Source of the DNA: Isurus oxyrinchus
Lineage: Eukaryota
Direction: 5' to 3'
DNA: 64,000 nucleotides
Assembly: GCA_026770705.1 (NCBI GenBank)
Contig: JANJGN010000034.1
Coordinates: 3,224,001-3,288,000, forward strand
A program made the translations under genes and the position numbers. This document shows positions 39,130 to 51,589 of this stretch, piece after piece. Positions within the stretch are counted from its first letter, which is position 1. The number at the start of each line of letters is the position of its first letter. The notes below the pieces were generated by a model. It was not told the origin of the DNA and ran no database searches. It saw only the letters and a list, made by a program, of their open reading frames with translations.

Positions 39130-40080
39130 ACCATCATATCCTGAGGACATTGCTGCCGGAGTTCCTCAGTGCCTTTGCCCCAAGAACAAACATTCTCAAC
39201 TATTGCATCAAGGATTTTCCTTCCTTCATCAGGATGGGGGGAGAGGACGGCGTGGTGAGGCAGCGTAACATCTACTGAAGATTGCATTGTCTACGTCACT
39301 TTCTTTGGCTCTACCAATACTGAATCATTTCATGCCCACAGGTAACAAAGCGGGGACAATATTCAGGTTTAGGCTGATGGTTGGCAGGCAGCGCTGGAGC
39401 CAGAAAGTACCAAACAGTGTGCATCTCCAATAAGAGGTAAGGTAACCATTCCTATGACCTTGAACTACACGGCCATGGCTAAATCTATCACCATCGACAT
39501 CCTGAGGCTTCACATTGATGCAAAGTTAAATGGAGCAGCCAGTTAAAAACTGCAGGTACGAAAATAGAGAATAAGCATCTAAGAATAAGCTAATAAATCT
39601 GCAATGAGAAAACCTCTTTCCGACTATCCAAAAATTGTACCTTATAAAGAATGCACACATTAGCGACAGGGTGGAGTATTCCCCCCTTTGCTGGATGAGT
39701 GTGCCTCCAACAACACTGTCAAAGCTCGAATCCACTTCGAGATCAAAAGTAGACCTATTGATTTTTTCGCTACACACCCCATTAAAGATTTACAGTCTCC
39801 ACGGCTGACACACAGCAGCTGCAGCACATACAGGACGCCTTGAAGCAATTTGGCAAAGTCCTTTGGAAAACACCTCCGAAATCCGCGATACTGCTGAGAA
39901 GGACAAGGCCAGTAGTCACATGGGAAAGCCACGGCGTGCACGTTTATCACAACACTGAATTGGACGACATTCCCATTCATTCACCGCTGCTGACGTAATA
40001 TCCTGGAACTCCGTTCTTAACCCCAATGTAAGTTTACCAATAATGGATGTTCTTCAGGATGGAAGTTGGCACCACCACAT
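39130..40080 (+). mobile_element. CR1/L2-clade LINE RT/3' fragment
   Basis: gtggagtattcccccctttgctggatgagtg (MEYSPLAWMS-like), colinear with 42800-43350. Confidence 0.8.
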
Positions 40081-40517
40081 CCCACCCCCGATCACACCCA
40101 GCAACCTGTTAGCTGATAGATTATCTGTATTTTTGTTGTGTTAACCACTCTATTTGCAAACCGTCACTACCACTGAGGAAATCAATCATACCCGCCTCAG
40201 TTTGGAATTTTAAGTCTGCCCTATTCAGGACAGATTTTCTGGAAAAGAAAGATCCAAAAATGATTTATCTGTTTTCCCTTTTTAAATGTTGCGCTTTTTG
40301 ACATTATCCAGAAGATCTTGCAATTATGTTTAAGTTTATGCAACCTTTTTTAAATGTAATCCATCAGTTTAAGAGGAAATATGCACGGCCATTTACATTC
40401 TACATGCAGTGCTAATCTATGTTGTGAACTTCCGCACTAAATAGTAGTCAGGTTAGAGACATCGAGAACAGATGAGAACTTGAGTTTAGAGACATCGTCA
40501 GATAGCTTAGTACTTAC

Positions 40518-40544
40518 TATTTTTGTGTAGCTTGTCTTCACATT
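40518..40544 (-). CDS. Microexon E5 (27 nt, phase 1-1, class C); peptide ECEDKLHKN
   Basis: Minus strand reads tcttcttatcttcttatag|AATGTGAAGACAAGCTACACAAAAATA|gtaagtactaa. The donor context is identical to that of E8. Confidence 0.85.
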
Positions 40545-42799
40545 CTATAAGAAGATAAGAAGACAGTTGAACAAAGCAAACATATTGGGATAACAAATCG
40601 TCTCTTCTGGTTATATAAAAAAGGGTGAAATTGGATCAGTTGCAAGTTAAATGTAACGATTCACATCCATTGCAGCTCTTCAGGGGTGGTGACTCTCCAG
40701 GCAGTGTTGACATACTTTTAATACAGAAGCCTGGGCAAATGTTCCCGAGGCAATATTCCATCCTATAAAACAGCAGCTGAATTTAAAATCGTTCGATGAA
40801 CTGTATCCCTGACTAATATTCGCGACCATGCCATTATCAAAATGTGTTCATTAAATCAGATCGGTTCCACCGACATTTAAGCTGTAGCTATCCTCAGACG
40901 TCATTCGATGTGCAATGTTTATTTTCCAATTTGAGCAATCATTTTGTATTTGCATGGAAACCTACGTAGGCCTAAGCTCGCAGAATGAAATTGGGTTTTC
41001 TGATAGGTCTATCATCAAATTTTGATAATTCCGGGATTTTAAAACAACGATTAGGTGAAAGGTGCAGGGTTTTGTCTCCTCGGATCTCCGAGGAATTGGG
41101 TAGATTTGAACAAAATGGGAAGAGAGTTGCAAAATCGTCCTGTGCATTTCAGTGATCATCATCAAAATCATTTCGAAGTATCATTAAACATATGGTGGCC
41201 CTGAGTTGAATCTGCATCATAGTAAGTTGTGAAACTGGATTAATTAGGTTGGAATTATTTTAATTTTCAGGGCTACAGGTATAGAATAAGTGCCAGTGGG
41301 AGGAGTCGCGTTCCATATTTATAGAGATGTCAGAGGCATGATCGGCCGGATGCCCTCCTGGGGGCTCCATGATTGAATATTCCACTATTTTCAGTTAGTT
41401 TACAGTCAATGGAATGAAATTATATGTGGGGCTTATGGTCGGTGCAACAATCAATGTTTTCCTGTGTCACCAACGACGTGTTTGTACTCCGTCTTGAAAG
41501 GCAGATTTTTTTTTTTAACTGAGATGCATGAAAGGGGAAAAAAGATGCACGACGGTGAAACAAGCCAGGCTTATTGCAGATATCCATTGATTAACGAAGG
41601 CCATTCACGGCAGAATGGAAACATCCTTTTCAAGGATCATCAGTTTTCAAGCAACCTGCAAAAAGAATACGAGGACGTGCAGTGAGTTGGGATAGAATAG
41701 AAAATAGCGCTTTGCATAAGCTACCTTCCCAGACTAAATAGGATGGGGAAAACAATCATGATTTCAATCCTAGTAGAAGGGGAAAAGTGAGGTTAACACG
41801 ATATAAATCAAACACCATGGTTGAATGGCCGCGTGCTGCACTGTGTTTATCCACGGAATAAAAATAGGAGCCTGGCATGGCCAACAATAGGGCGAAACAA
41901 GGCTGACCACCGCTCTATGCATCGTCTGATATTCCATGCCACTCACTGATGTGAAACTGAAGATCAAATGCTGCGTAGGAATCTCGTCGATTGGATGCTG
42001 CCCTTTGTGCGCTACCACCCCAACTGCTCACTCATCTCACTCGTATTCATCCAAGGAAGCCTGGCTGTTTGATCTGTTCCTCCTATTTATATACACATTT
42101 CAAGATATTGATTGCTTTGTACGAATGAGGTCAAGATGGTTATTGTGTTTAGTGGATGGCCTGACTTAGTCTAGCTTATATGTTATTCGCTTTCCTATCT
42201 GATCCATGTGTGTCACGCAAGTACAGCTGGGCAGCTGGTTAGGAGGTGTTTATTTTGTCCCGTGAATTGAAGGCAGTTGAAAGGAATTTTGTCTTAGGCG
42301 TCCTTTATTTATTTTGGCCTTTAAATTAAATCGCCCCATTGTTATTTCTTTATTTAAGTCTTGGTAGCTTTAATTGGAAGAATTGAGTAGCTTTTATGCA
42401 GGCAAATAAAAATGGCAGATGGAGGTATCACGCTTTCCGCGCTTTGTTTAATGGAACTGCATATCTTGCATTTGCTTAACTGGGAGGCAGTGATTTTGGC
42501 CTAGTTGAAATAAGCCCACTCTGACTGCCAGCAGACAAGTAATTTTGGACTAGACGAGGTTGAATAGGGCTCAGAAAACACCGTCGAACAAGTAGATTTG
42601 CCCTTTTCTGTCCCAATAGTGAATAGTTCCTGACGGTACCCGTAGACTGGAAATCGAACAAACGTGATTCTGCCTAATTTGTCTAGCTGTATTTGTTCAG
42701 TTCTTTCAAGAGTTGCGTTACGTGTGGCAAACTAGTGAATAGGACATGTTGATCGAACCACGTGTCCCAACGTCTATGGAATTGTGGTGCTTTTCCACT

Positions 42800-43355
42800 G
42801 AATATTTGTGTCTGCTTTATAATATCTACAAGGCACAAGTCACGAGTGTCATGCCATACTTTCCACTTGCCTGGATAAGTGCAGCTCCCACAGCAATAAA
42901 TAAGCTTCAGGTTGTCCAGGACAAAGCAGCCCGCTAGACTGACAGGACACCCACAAACATTTATTAACTCCTCCACTGACGCACAGTGCCAGCAGTGCAT
43001 ACCATTTATGAGATGCACTGCAGGAATTCACCAAGGCCCCTTCGACAGCACATTCCAAACCCACGACCGCTAATATCTAGAAGGAAAAGAACAGCAGATG
43101 GAGGGGAGCGCCATCACCTGGGATTGCCACTCCAAGCTACTCAGCAACCTGACTTAGAAATATATCGATGTTCCTACACTCTCGGTGGGTCAAAGCTTTG
43201 GAACTCCCTTCTGAACAGCACTGCTGGTCTACTTACACAACATGGGCTGCAACGGTTGAAGAAGGCAGCTCCCCACCATCTCCTGAAGGCCAACTAGGGA
43301 GGCGAATAAATTGTGGCTCAGCCAGCAAAACCCTCATCCCTTGAATGAATAAAAA
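42800..43355 (+). mobile_element. CR1/L2-clade LINE 3' end
   Basis: Translation IYKAQVTSVMPYFPLAWISAAPTAINKLQVVQDKAAR, followed by the family 3' tail. Confidence 0.88.
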
Positions 43356-43649
43356 TAAAAACCGATGAACAAGGCCTTAACGCTTTTTGATAAGGAAACT
43401 GGACCATCCTGAACCGACAGCCATTTTTGCCGTCTCTCTTGCAGATAGACAAAATGATTAAAAAAACAGGCATGACGCGTATTAGCTTATACATAGATAG
43501 TCTACTGTTTTTTTGCTGAAAAGTCAAACAATAATTGTCATTGTCTCACGTTTGGAAGTTGGAGTAATCAATGCTGAATCTCGCAAAAGTCTGCATTAAC
43601 ATGGCTTCAAAATTACCATAGAAGAACAAGAAATTAAGTGTTGTGTGTT

Positions 43650-43651
<2 letters not shown>

Positions 43652-43681
<30 letters not shown>
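43652..43681. repeat. (AT)n microsatellite
   Basis: Direct reading. Confidence 0.95.
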
Positions 43682-43684
<3 letters not shown>

Positions 43685-43849
43685 GCTGAACTGATCTGTT
43701 CGCAGTGACAATGAAATCATATAAGTTGCTCTGCCATTAAAGGCTGCACATTTGGAAATCTATGGTAGAAAGGGATGTTAAAAGCAATACAGCCAGTTAA
43801 TTTAAACTTTTGCAGGAAATAAAGGGATTTGGAGATTCCCGGAACTGAC

Positions 43850-43876
43850 CTCTGTCTTTATTTTTCAATTGGCGTT
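43850..43876 (-). CDS. Microexon E4 (27 nt, phase 1-1, class B); peptide ERQLKNKDR
   Basis: Minus strand has a T-tract acceptor ending tttag|AACGCCAATTGAAAAATAAAGACAGAG|gtcagt. Paralogous to E7 and E11. Confidence 0.85.
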
Positions 43877-44199
43877 CTAAAAAAAAACACAGGAGATTGA
43901 AAGCTCTAGAAACAGCTCTACATGTCCTCAAGTCATGCTAACAATTCTATTCTACGTGTGAATAATCCAGTCGTTGCAGAGCTAAATATACCAAGTGAGA
44001 GATAAGTCATATAATGCAATGTTATCATATTAGCTAATCATTTTCTCGGTTTTCCATTATTGAGTTTACTGCAGGCTACAGGTTCGGCCTATGCCATGAA
44101 AAACGACTATTAAGGCCTTAGCCACTTGATGTTTGCATGGGAAGATTCAAGGCGATAAACGTGATAAAGCTTGTTTGCTGGAGATTCATGTGATACCTA

Positions 44200-44460
44200 A
44201 ACTACCTATCTCTTGGCCTGCAGCTCCAGGTTCACATTCCACTTCAGAACTTGATGGCCATGGAAGATACGTTCATAATATGGCCAAACAGGTTGATTAT
44301 TAGCCAGTATATCCTTATAGTACACCCGATGAGAGATGATAAGAGCAGGAGAGTTTCCTCTTCATACGGTAAAAGGCAGGGGAAATCGTTGTCGTCATTC
44401 AGCAATCATAATCATGGGTGAATCCAATGGCAGTCAATGGTCGCCAAAACCCTCTTAGAA
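44200..44460 (+). mobile_element. tRNA-derived SINE copy (family of 2600-2870)
   Basis: ctccaggttcacattccacttcagaacttgatggccatgga...aagagcaggagagtttcct. Confidence 0.6.
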
Positions 44461-44904
44461 CACAGTAACTGAGGGAGGAGAATGAGGTTTGCTTGGAACC
44501 AAGATGAATTTGTACCCTCGTGGACCCTTTGAATGCTGCCTAGCCCGACCAGAGGGACGGTTATCCAGGATACAGCGTTTTGTTGAGCGGGCAATACTTG
44601 GGAGGTCCTTTTGGAAGAATTCCATCCTTTTACGAAACTAGCGAGGTTTTGCTCCGCTATTTCATATGACAACCTGTTTATTAGCAAAGTATCTCCAATT
44701 AATTCCATCATCTTGCCACCAAAGCAAACTTAGTGTATACATAAAATGCTTGGCAAAAACTTTTTAAAATAGTTTGTATACCGTCACACATGCAGGCTTT
44801 TATTTCAATTTATCTTAGGCCAATATCACCGTTTTAGTGATATAGGGTTTAGAGCTGTGTAGATTGCACTCTGGTTGGCCTGAATAAAATTCCATTAGAA
44901 AAGA

Positions 44905-47195
44905 AATACCCTGATGGCTAAGGCCATGGCAATGACAATATTCCGGCCTTAGCACTGATGATAAATGCTCCAGATCTTGCTGCAACAGATGTCACGTTGT
45001 TCCAGTACAGCTGCAAGACTGGCATCGCCCTGGCAATGCAGAAAATTGCACACGTATTCTCCTATTGGTAAAAAGCAGCACAAATCCAACCAGCCCAATT
45101 ACCGCCCCGGTCTATTCTTAATCATCTGTAAAGTCATGGGATGGGTCATCAACAGTGCTACAGAACTTTCAAGCGGCCCTTGCTTAGCAGTAACCTGCCC
45201 AATGATGGTACGTTTGTTTTCCTCCAAGGACACTCAGCTCCTCACCGCACTATAATATTGATTCTAACGTGGATCATACCAATAGCAGAGCTAAGGTGAG
45301 AGTGAATGTCCTTGACATCAAGGCAACATTTTACCAAGTGTGGTATCAAGGATCCCTGGAAAAACTGGAGTTAATGGGAGTCAGTGTAAACATCTCCCCT
45401 GCTAGTGCAAAGAAACATGGTTGTGATTGATAGAGGTCAATTATTTCTGTTCAGCATATCACTGCAGAAGTTCATTAAAGTAATGTTCTGGGCCCAACTA
45501 TCTCCACCTGCTTCATGAATTAACTTTCTTCTTTCATAAGGTTAGAGATGGGGATGTTCGCGGATAATTGAGCAATGGTCATTACCATTGCAAATCGTCC
45601 GATACTGAAACAGTCCATGTTCAACTGTAGCAAGATCTGGACAATATCCAGTTTTAGCCTGAAAAGATTCAAGAACATTCGCACCAAGCAAGTGTCAGGC
45701 AATAACCATCTCCAACAAATAACATCTTACATTGCATTATCATCTGTAAATCCCCCACTAGCAACATCTTCTGGGTTAGAACCAGCCAGAATATCAGCTC
45801 AACCGGCGATATTAATAGCGTGTCTACAAGAACAGGTCAGAGATTAGGAAACCTGCATCGAGAAACTCACCACCTGAATCTCAAAATCGTCAACATTATC
45901 TACAAGGCACAAGTCAGGATTGTGTGGATTACTCTCCGATTTGCCAGCTGAGTTTAGTTCCAAAATCCCCATGAAGCTGCAGGATAAAGCCGCCCGCTTG
46001 ACTGGTACCACTTCCACACACAATTACGCCCTCTATCACCGGCACACAGTGGCAGCAGTAAATTAAGTGGGGACCGCTAATAAGTGGTTATCTTATGACT
46101 TACATGGGATTAGGTAAGTAGAATTGATTTTCCTTCTGGAAAGAGGTTTTCTAAACATTTTATCCACTAAATAGTCGCAGTTCAGGCTGCCATGTAAATG
46201 TTCCTGAGTTGTTAGATAACTTCGTCTTTACTCACGTATGAATACAATTGTTTAGAAAGCACAAGTATGTGATTTTCAGCAGCCTGTAAACTAAACGATG
46301 ACCTCAAGCAGTGGTGTTGGTAACGACCCTGAAGTTCTGAGTATTTGTCCTGTATCCATTGGTCAGAACAGTAAGATGGATCATTGACATTGTTTTAAGC
46401 TACCTGCTCCACAATTCGTGTATAAATATTGGTGTCATACTGACGGTATAGAGATGTTCACCTGCTGGGCTGGGGTGCTGATGGGGCTAATGTGCAGGGC
46501 CTGAGATCGGATGGAGGTGCTGGAGAGTTCCTGCTGAAGGAGCCTATAATGCTGAGGCGTTGGGCAGGTTGCAGCCTCTGTCGGTAGACTCCTTCTTAAG
46601 ATGGACAAGGAGAAGAAGGGCAGTGAGATCAACACATTCTGTGCCAACTACTTTTCTGCCACCTGGAACAATTAAACCGCAATTGCGAGAGTTGTATAAA
46701 TTTTCTGTCTAATTAGTTAGTCTATCATATCTAAACTGCTGTTTCTTCATGAACTCAATAACCCATCTTAAATTCCTTATGACTACTCCACTGCCTATTT
46801 ATCTATCTGTGGACCCGAAACCCGAACCTTTAAAACAGTGTGTACCATCGACAAGATGCACACCAGGAACTCACCAATGCTCCTTACACAATACTTACCA
46901 AGCCCAATACCGCTATGATATAGAAGGACAAGGGCAGCAAACAGATGTGGGAACCAAAACCTAGAGGTTCCCCCTCCAAGACACCCACCATCCTGACTTG
47001 GAAATATATCGCTGTTCCTTCACTGTCACTGAAACAAAAACTTTGGGCCCCCTCACGAATAGCACTGTGGGTATCCGTGCATCAGATAAACTGCAGCGAT
47101 TCAATAATGCAGCTCACCACCACCTCCTAAAGGGAAATTAGGGTCGTGGAATAATCCTGGTGTCGCCAGTAATGACCATGTCCCATGAAATAAAA
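44905..47195 (+). mobile_element. CR1/L2-clade LINE RT plus 3' end, split by an insert at 46060-46835
   Basis: Motifs KKQHKSNQPNYRP, cttgacatcaaggcaacattt (LDIKATF) and gggatgttcgcggataat (MFAD). The sequence resumes colinearly at 46836. Confidence 0.85.
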
Positions 47196-47467
47196 ATACA
47201 AGTCAACAGTCTTACCGGGCGTGGTAAGGGCAGTTGCAGTGAAAGGGAATATCACCGCCTATCAGGGCAAATTATCCATTAAAACCTGATTTATCACAAG
47301 TCACAACGTTTTTTAAAAATTGTATTGATGGGCGATAACGCATTATTATTGCCACATGGTGTTAAACACGCCATTAGTCAAACAGCAAAACCGGGAAAAT
47401 TATTGTACTATTAGTTGACAGATAAGATGCATTGCTCAGCAATGTAATAAAATTTAAGCTTGCTTAC

Positions 47468-47503
47468 CTGTCTCAGCCAATGCATCCTTAGTGTTGATCA
47501 GTT
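47468..47503 (-). CDS. Microexon E3 (36 nt, phase 1-1, class A); peptide ELINTKDALAET
   Basis: Minus strand reads gcttttacag|AACTGATCAACACTAAGGATGCATTGGCTGAGACAG|gtaagc. It keeps the heptad Leu register with E2 and E4. Confidence 0.85.
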
Positions 47504-47512
47504 CTGTAAAAG

Positions 47513-48300
47513 CATATAGATTCATGGAGTCGAGGGGATTTTACGGCTGAGAAGTGGGCGCTTGCTTAATCGGGCTCTTGCTGGACCTTATTAGAGCAAT
47601 TGAACCAGTATCATGATCTCGCTTTATGCCCGTAGCCTTGTACTTTTATTTCCCTATGTAGCAGTCAACTTTACTTTTTGAAATCAGCAATTATTTCCAT
47701 TACCACCACCCTCGTACGCAGCGAATTATAAGTCACTACAATTCACCTCTTTAAACAAGCTTCATCACAGCCTCCTGAACTAAGTGCCCAAAACCTTAAA
47801 TCTCATCCTTCGAATGCATGTTACATTAGCCAATGGGAACCTCATTTTCCTTAAATATCTTCTCTAAAACTGTTATAACTGATCATACTTAGATCCATCC
47901 TCCACTTAATTTATTTTATTCCAATGAGAGCTAACCAAGCTTCTCCAATCACACGTATTAGCTATAATCCTTAATTTGCGGAACTATTCTGGTACAGCTG
48001 TTCTGCATTCTTGCAAGGTCGCTCACATCGTTTCTCGAGTACATTTAGCAGGACTGGACGTAATATTGATTGTGGCAGAAGCAGTGTGTTGCAGACGTTC
48101 AGAAAAGAAAAAAAAACATCCCCGATTTGTGCTCAATGCCTATTTTAAAACGCGAAGGATTACATGTACTCTATAAACTACAAATTCTACATATACTGCC
48201 ACATTTAGTTTTCGGCAGAAACCTACCAAAGTGCTTCTTGGATACACAAAATGCTTTGGGATTATGCCAACCTGTCTCTTGAATTGTCTCATGTTCCCTC
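47513..48300 (-). mobile_element. Decayed CR1 3' fragment abutting the E3 acceptor
   Basis: catatagattcatggagtc...ttacggctgagaagtgggc is a reverse CR1 tail, followed by CR1 3' ORF remnants. Confidence 0.6.
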
Positions 48301-48582
48301 TAGTAACAACCTTCTGCACGTTCCCTACCCATTGTGCTGTCTAAACTCTGCACAGGTATAGTTGCAATGGCTCAAAAAGACAGAACAGCGCAACTTTCTC
48401 GAGTCAAACACGACATATATATATATATTCTCTATCGCTTTTGGTGACAGATACAGTTGAGAAGGCTACGATTAAGTGACTTAACCCAAACATCATCGGA
48501 GACCCTTGGGAATTAAGTGCAATCATTGCTCTGAAGTGCACAATTAATGCTGAAATTATAACTTTTCTGTTGATCCACTTAC

Positions 48583-48609
48583 CCGTATCCTTTTCAGTCA
48601 ATGTTTTCT
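48583..48609 (-). CDS. Microexon E2 (27 nt, phase 1-1, class B); peptide EKTLTEKDT
   Basis: Minus strand reads gaattacag|AGAAAACATTGACTGAAAAGGATACGG|gtaagt. Consensus donor; the xxxLxxK[DE]x pattern is shared with E4, E7 and E11. Confidence 0.8.
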
Positions 48610-49223
48610 CTGTAATTCAATGACAACATTGAATGCATGGGTGACTATTTTGCCAAAAAAGCTCCATAAGGTTCCTGCCTATGTATACTTACCTATTTTA
48701 ATTGCATGGTAATGTGTAATGTAGGCCTTCACGATATAGACATATAGACGTAGGGCTAAATGGTCCACTCCGAGGTCGGGAGTATTTCATGCTTTACATA
48801 GCATAGTAGGGACGAGTTGATTTCGGCGCCGATGAGGACATCGCCATGCCAGTTTCTGAGAAAAAGATGTGTGGACGGGTGAAAATGTCAGTATCCCTCC
48901 CGCATTATACAAATTTCAATTTACAAGTTAATTCAGCTAATTAACTAGAAATCTCATTGCAATAGTACTGCCAATATGCTTTCAAAGCGAGCTTTAGCAA
49001 AGGCTGGGAAACCGTTTTTTTTCTTAAAATCAAGCTTTTCTGGACGCTTTTACAACGCAGCTCAGAGCAGAATGTCAAATTTGCAGTTCACACTCCCTTG
49101 ACAGCAATGACAGCATATTTCACTGGAGAGAGAAACATTTTTCATAAACCTTTTCGTGAGGGGAACTCTCCTCTGATCCAGAGGTCACTTTAGGCGGAAT
49201 ATTTCGCTGTCCATTATCCAGAA

Positions 49224-49685
49224 GTGATGGTTGAAAATTCTTTGAGACAGGTGGGGATTGTTCTCTCAGTTGGAGCCTCAACCCCCAGTGAGGAGGATTG
49301 GGAAGATGAGGAAGAGGGGGTAAGGAAGAGGAAGAAGAGAGAAGAAGCATGCTCAAGAGCGTATTGTTTCCGAGGAAGAGGACAGTTTGGCATGAGACCC
49401 CGAAACTCAGAAAGAAGCCAGAAGTCGTTAGGGGTCGCACGGCTGACATTCGGTGGCACCAAAGTTATGTAGGCCGAAACTTAGATACCTGCACCAAATG
49501 ATCTCAAGATGCCTTTGAGCCTTTGGTGGAACTGGGATCAAATATCCGTCACCACATCAACGCTGTTGACCTCATCAGCCATTTCTTCCCAGGCAGCACA
49601 AAACTCCCTGGGCATCCTATTCTGCCCAGGTCTTGACACCACTGAATCTGGGGGCAGCTTTTCCTCTCACACAATGCCTCTCCAT
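49224..49685. mobile_element. PIF/Harbinger deletion derivative: convergent transposase N-terminus (+) and Myb/SANT-like N-terminus (-)
   Basis: Minus strand gives MERHCVRGKAAPRFS...AWEEMADEVNSVDVVTDI*SQFHQRLKGILRS (Myb/SANT-like, with frameshift and stop). Plus strand gives an acidic/basic leader then APKLCRPKLRYLHQM, which resembles the HARBI1-like R-V-Y-R-x-R-x-S-Y-L start. Confidence 0.6.
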
Positions 49686-49809
49686 CGCTCCAATGTTGCA
49701 AATGTTTATGCATGGGAATATGTAATATGAGTGCAACTTCTCAGTGTTAAAATGCAGGAGACTTACTGATATTTAAATCATCTGCCACAGACGAAGAGTG
49801 ATATGGTAG

Positions 49810-50605
49810 GCAGAGATTAGCTGAAATTTCAAATAAAAGGAGGAAATGCTGGATGAACTGAGCAGGCTTGGCGGCATCTGTGTAGTGATGATCTGAGTTA
49901 AAGGTTTTCTGTTCACATGATTCTTCTTCCGACTGGAAGAGAGGGACATTGTGGTGGATTTTATGATGTTGAAGATAAAGGATGTGGCAGGTGGAGCAAA
50001 ACAGATGGCCAGGGACAGGTGGTAAATTGGCAGAGATTTGACAACGATGTCAAGGAGACAAGATAAAAGGTTTTCGTAATGATAGTGTAAAAGGCTAAGG
50101 CCGGTGCTACAAGTGGCATAAAAGTCAGATAACAAGATGAGGTAGTAGCAGAAGAACTGTCAATGCTCCCCTAAAGCAAAATGAAAGAGGAAAATACAGG
50201 CTGGCCTAACGAGGAAAAGCGTTGGGAAATAAAGGTCAAAATGGAGGTCCACTCACAAGGCCTGAAGTTGTTGAAATGATTTCTAAGACAATTAGGTTGC
50301 AAGGTGCCTAATTGGAAGATATGTATGTCTTCCACAAACCGCTCACTCCACAGAGCCATTCTGTCAAAATTTGTCCAGAGCTCAAACCTATCCCTGACTT
50401 TCTCTTTTGCCCCACCTACTCCACTCATGCTCTTTAGCAGTGTAAAGACCATTGCACTTCAACTTCTGTCCAGCTCTGAAAAGGGGGCATATGGACACAA
50501 AATGTTAAATCTTTTTCTTTTTCCAGAGAAACTCCAAGGAAAGCTAGTTTCCTCCAGCATTTTCTCTTTTTCTTTCACATTTCCAACATTAGCAGTATTG
50601 TACAT
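49810..50605 (-). mobile_element. Penelope-like element remnant with inverted terminal arms
   Basis: Translation EDIHIFQLGTLQPNCLRNHFNNF matches the Penelope GIY-YIG C-terminal motif (LIFxLGTLQPxGLN). The ends are inverted copies (aaatgctgga... versus ...tccagcattt). Confidence 0.75.
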
Positions 50606-50879
50606 TTATTATAGCTAAAATTTAAAACGGGTTACGTGGCAAGACTGGGGATTGTAGAAATTTTCAATATGTATTGGTGGTGCACTGAACTGATCAGCTG
50701 ATGGGTCACCTAACAGGGTCCGATACCAGGGTGGCCGTCAAAGTGCGGGCCGTTCTCATCCTCTGGCAGACAGCCTGCAGCCTCAGAGACCAGACATCAC
50801 ACTTTCCAGCACTTATTGGGCAATATGCCTGTTTGCAATCCTCCCTTGCTGCTCATTCGTGGCAATTACCATTTCATCA

Positions 50880-51260
50880 ATTGCAATGTCACTGGACTAG
50901 TAATCAGGAGACTCAGGTGAAGGCTCTAGGGACCTGAGTTCAAATCTGACGGCAGCAGGTGGAATTTGTGATCAATTAGTACATTCAGAATTAGAAGATG
51001 GCAACAGAAATGGTGATAATTATTGACTGTTGTGAAAACCCATCTGGTTCATTAATTTCCTTCATTCTTTCCGTTTAGGAATGAACATCTGCCAACCTTA
51101 CCTGGTCCGACCTGCACATGACTCCAAACATAGAGCAATGTGGTTGACTCAAATATCCGCTGTATTAGCTTAGATAAGCATCACTTCAAGGCAATTAGGA
51201 ATGTCAACAATTGTTGGGCATGCAGGCGACACCCTCATTGCGTGAGAGAATGACAAAACT
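50880..51260 (+). mobile_element. tRNA-derived SINE (family of 4060-4410), near full length
   Basis: aatgtcactggactagtaatc...gagttcaaatc...aaaacccatctggttc...ccttacctggtc...gcaatgtggttgactc...ggcaattagga. Confidence 0.85.
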
Positions 51261-51513
51261 ATAAACTGTCTATGATTTAAGTAAATTAAAATCTACATTC
51301 TTAGATAGGAAATGTCCAATGAATCCCTTATTTAAGTGACTTCAGGAGAAGCAGTATCTGAAGCCACAGCGACGTGATTGAATCTTAAATGATATAGCCC
51401 AGCCACAGTGTTCAAAAGAAATTTGGAAAGCACATCATGTGCTTGCCTTGCCAATGATGCCCACAACGCATGAAAGAATAATAAAAAAATATATATTAAT
51501 AATAAAGTGGGCG

Positions 51514-51549
51514 TGAGAGAGAGAGAGAGAGAGGGGGAGAGAGAGAGAG
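51514..51549. repeat. (GA)n microsatellite
   Basis: Direct reading. Confidence 0.9.
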
Positions 51550-51589
51550 GTAGAAGTAAGGGAACAAATGCAGGTAGCTGCGTTGTTTC

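Noticed and set aside
50138-50148. TGAGGTAGTAG, identical to the 5' end of let-7
   Set aside because: The match stops after 11 nt, no hairpin partner is visible, and it lies inside a Penelope-like repeat.
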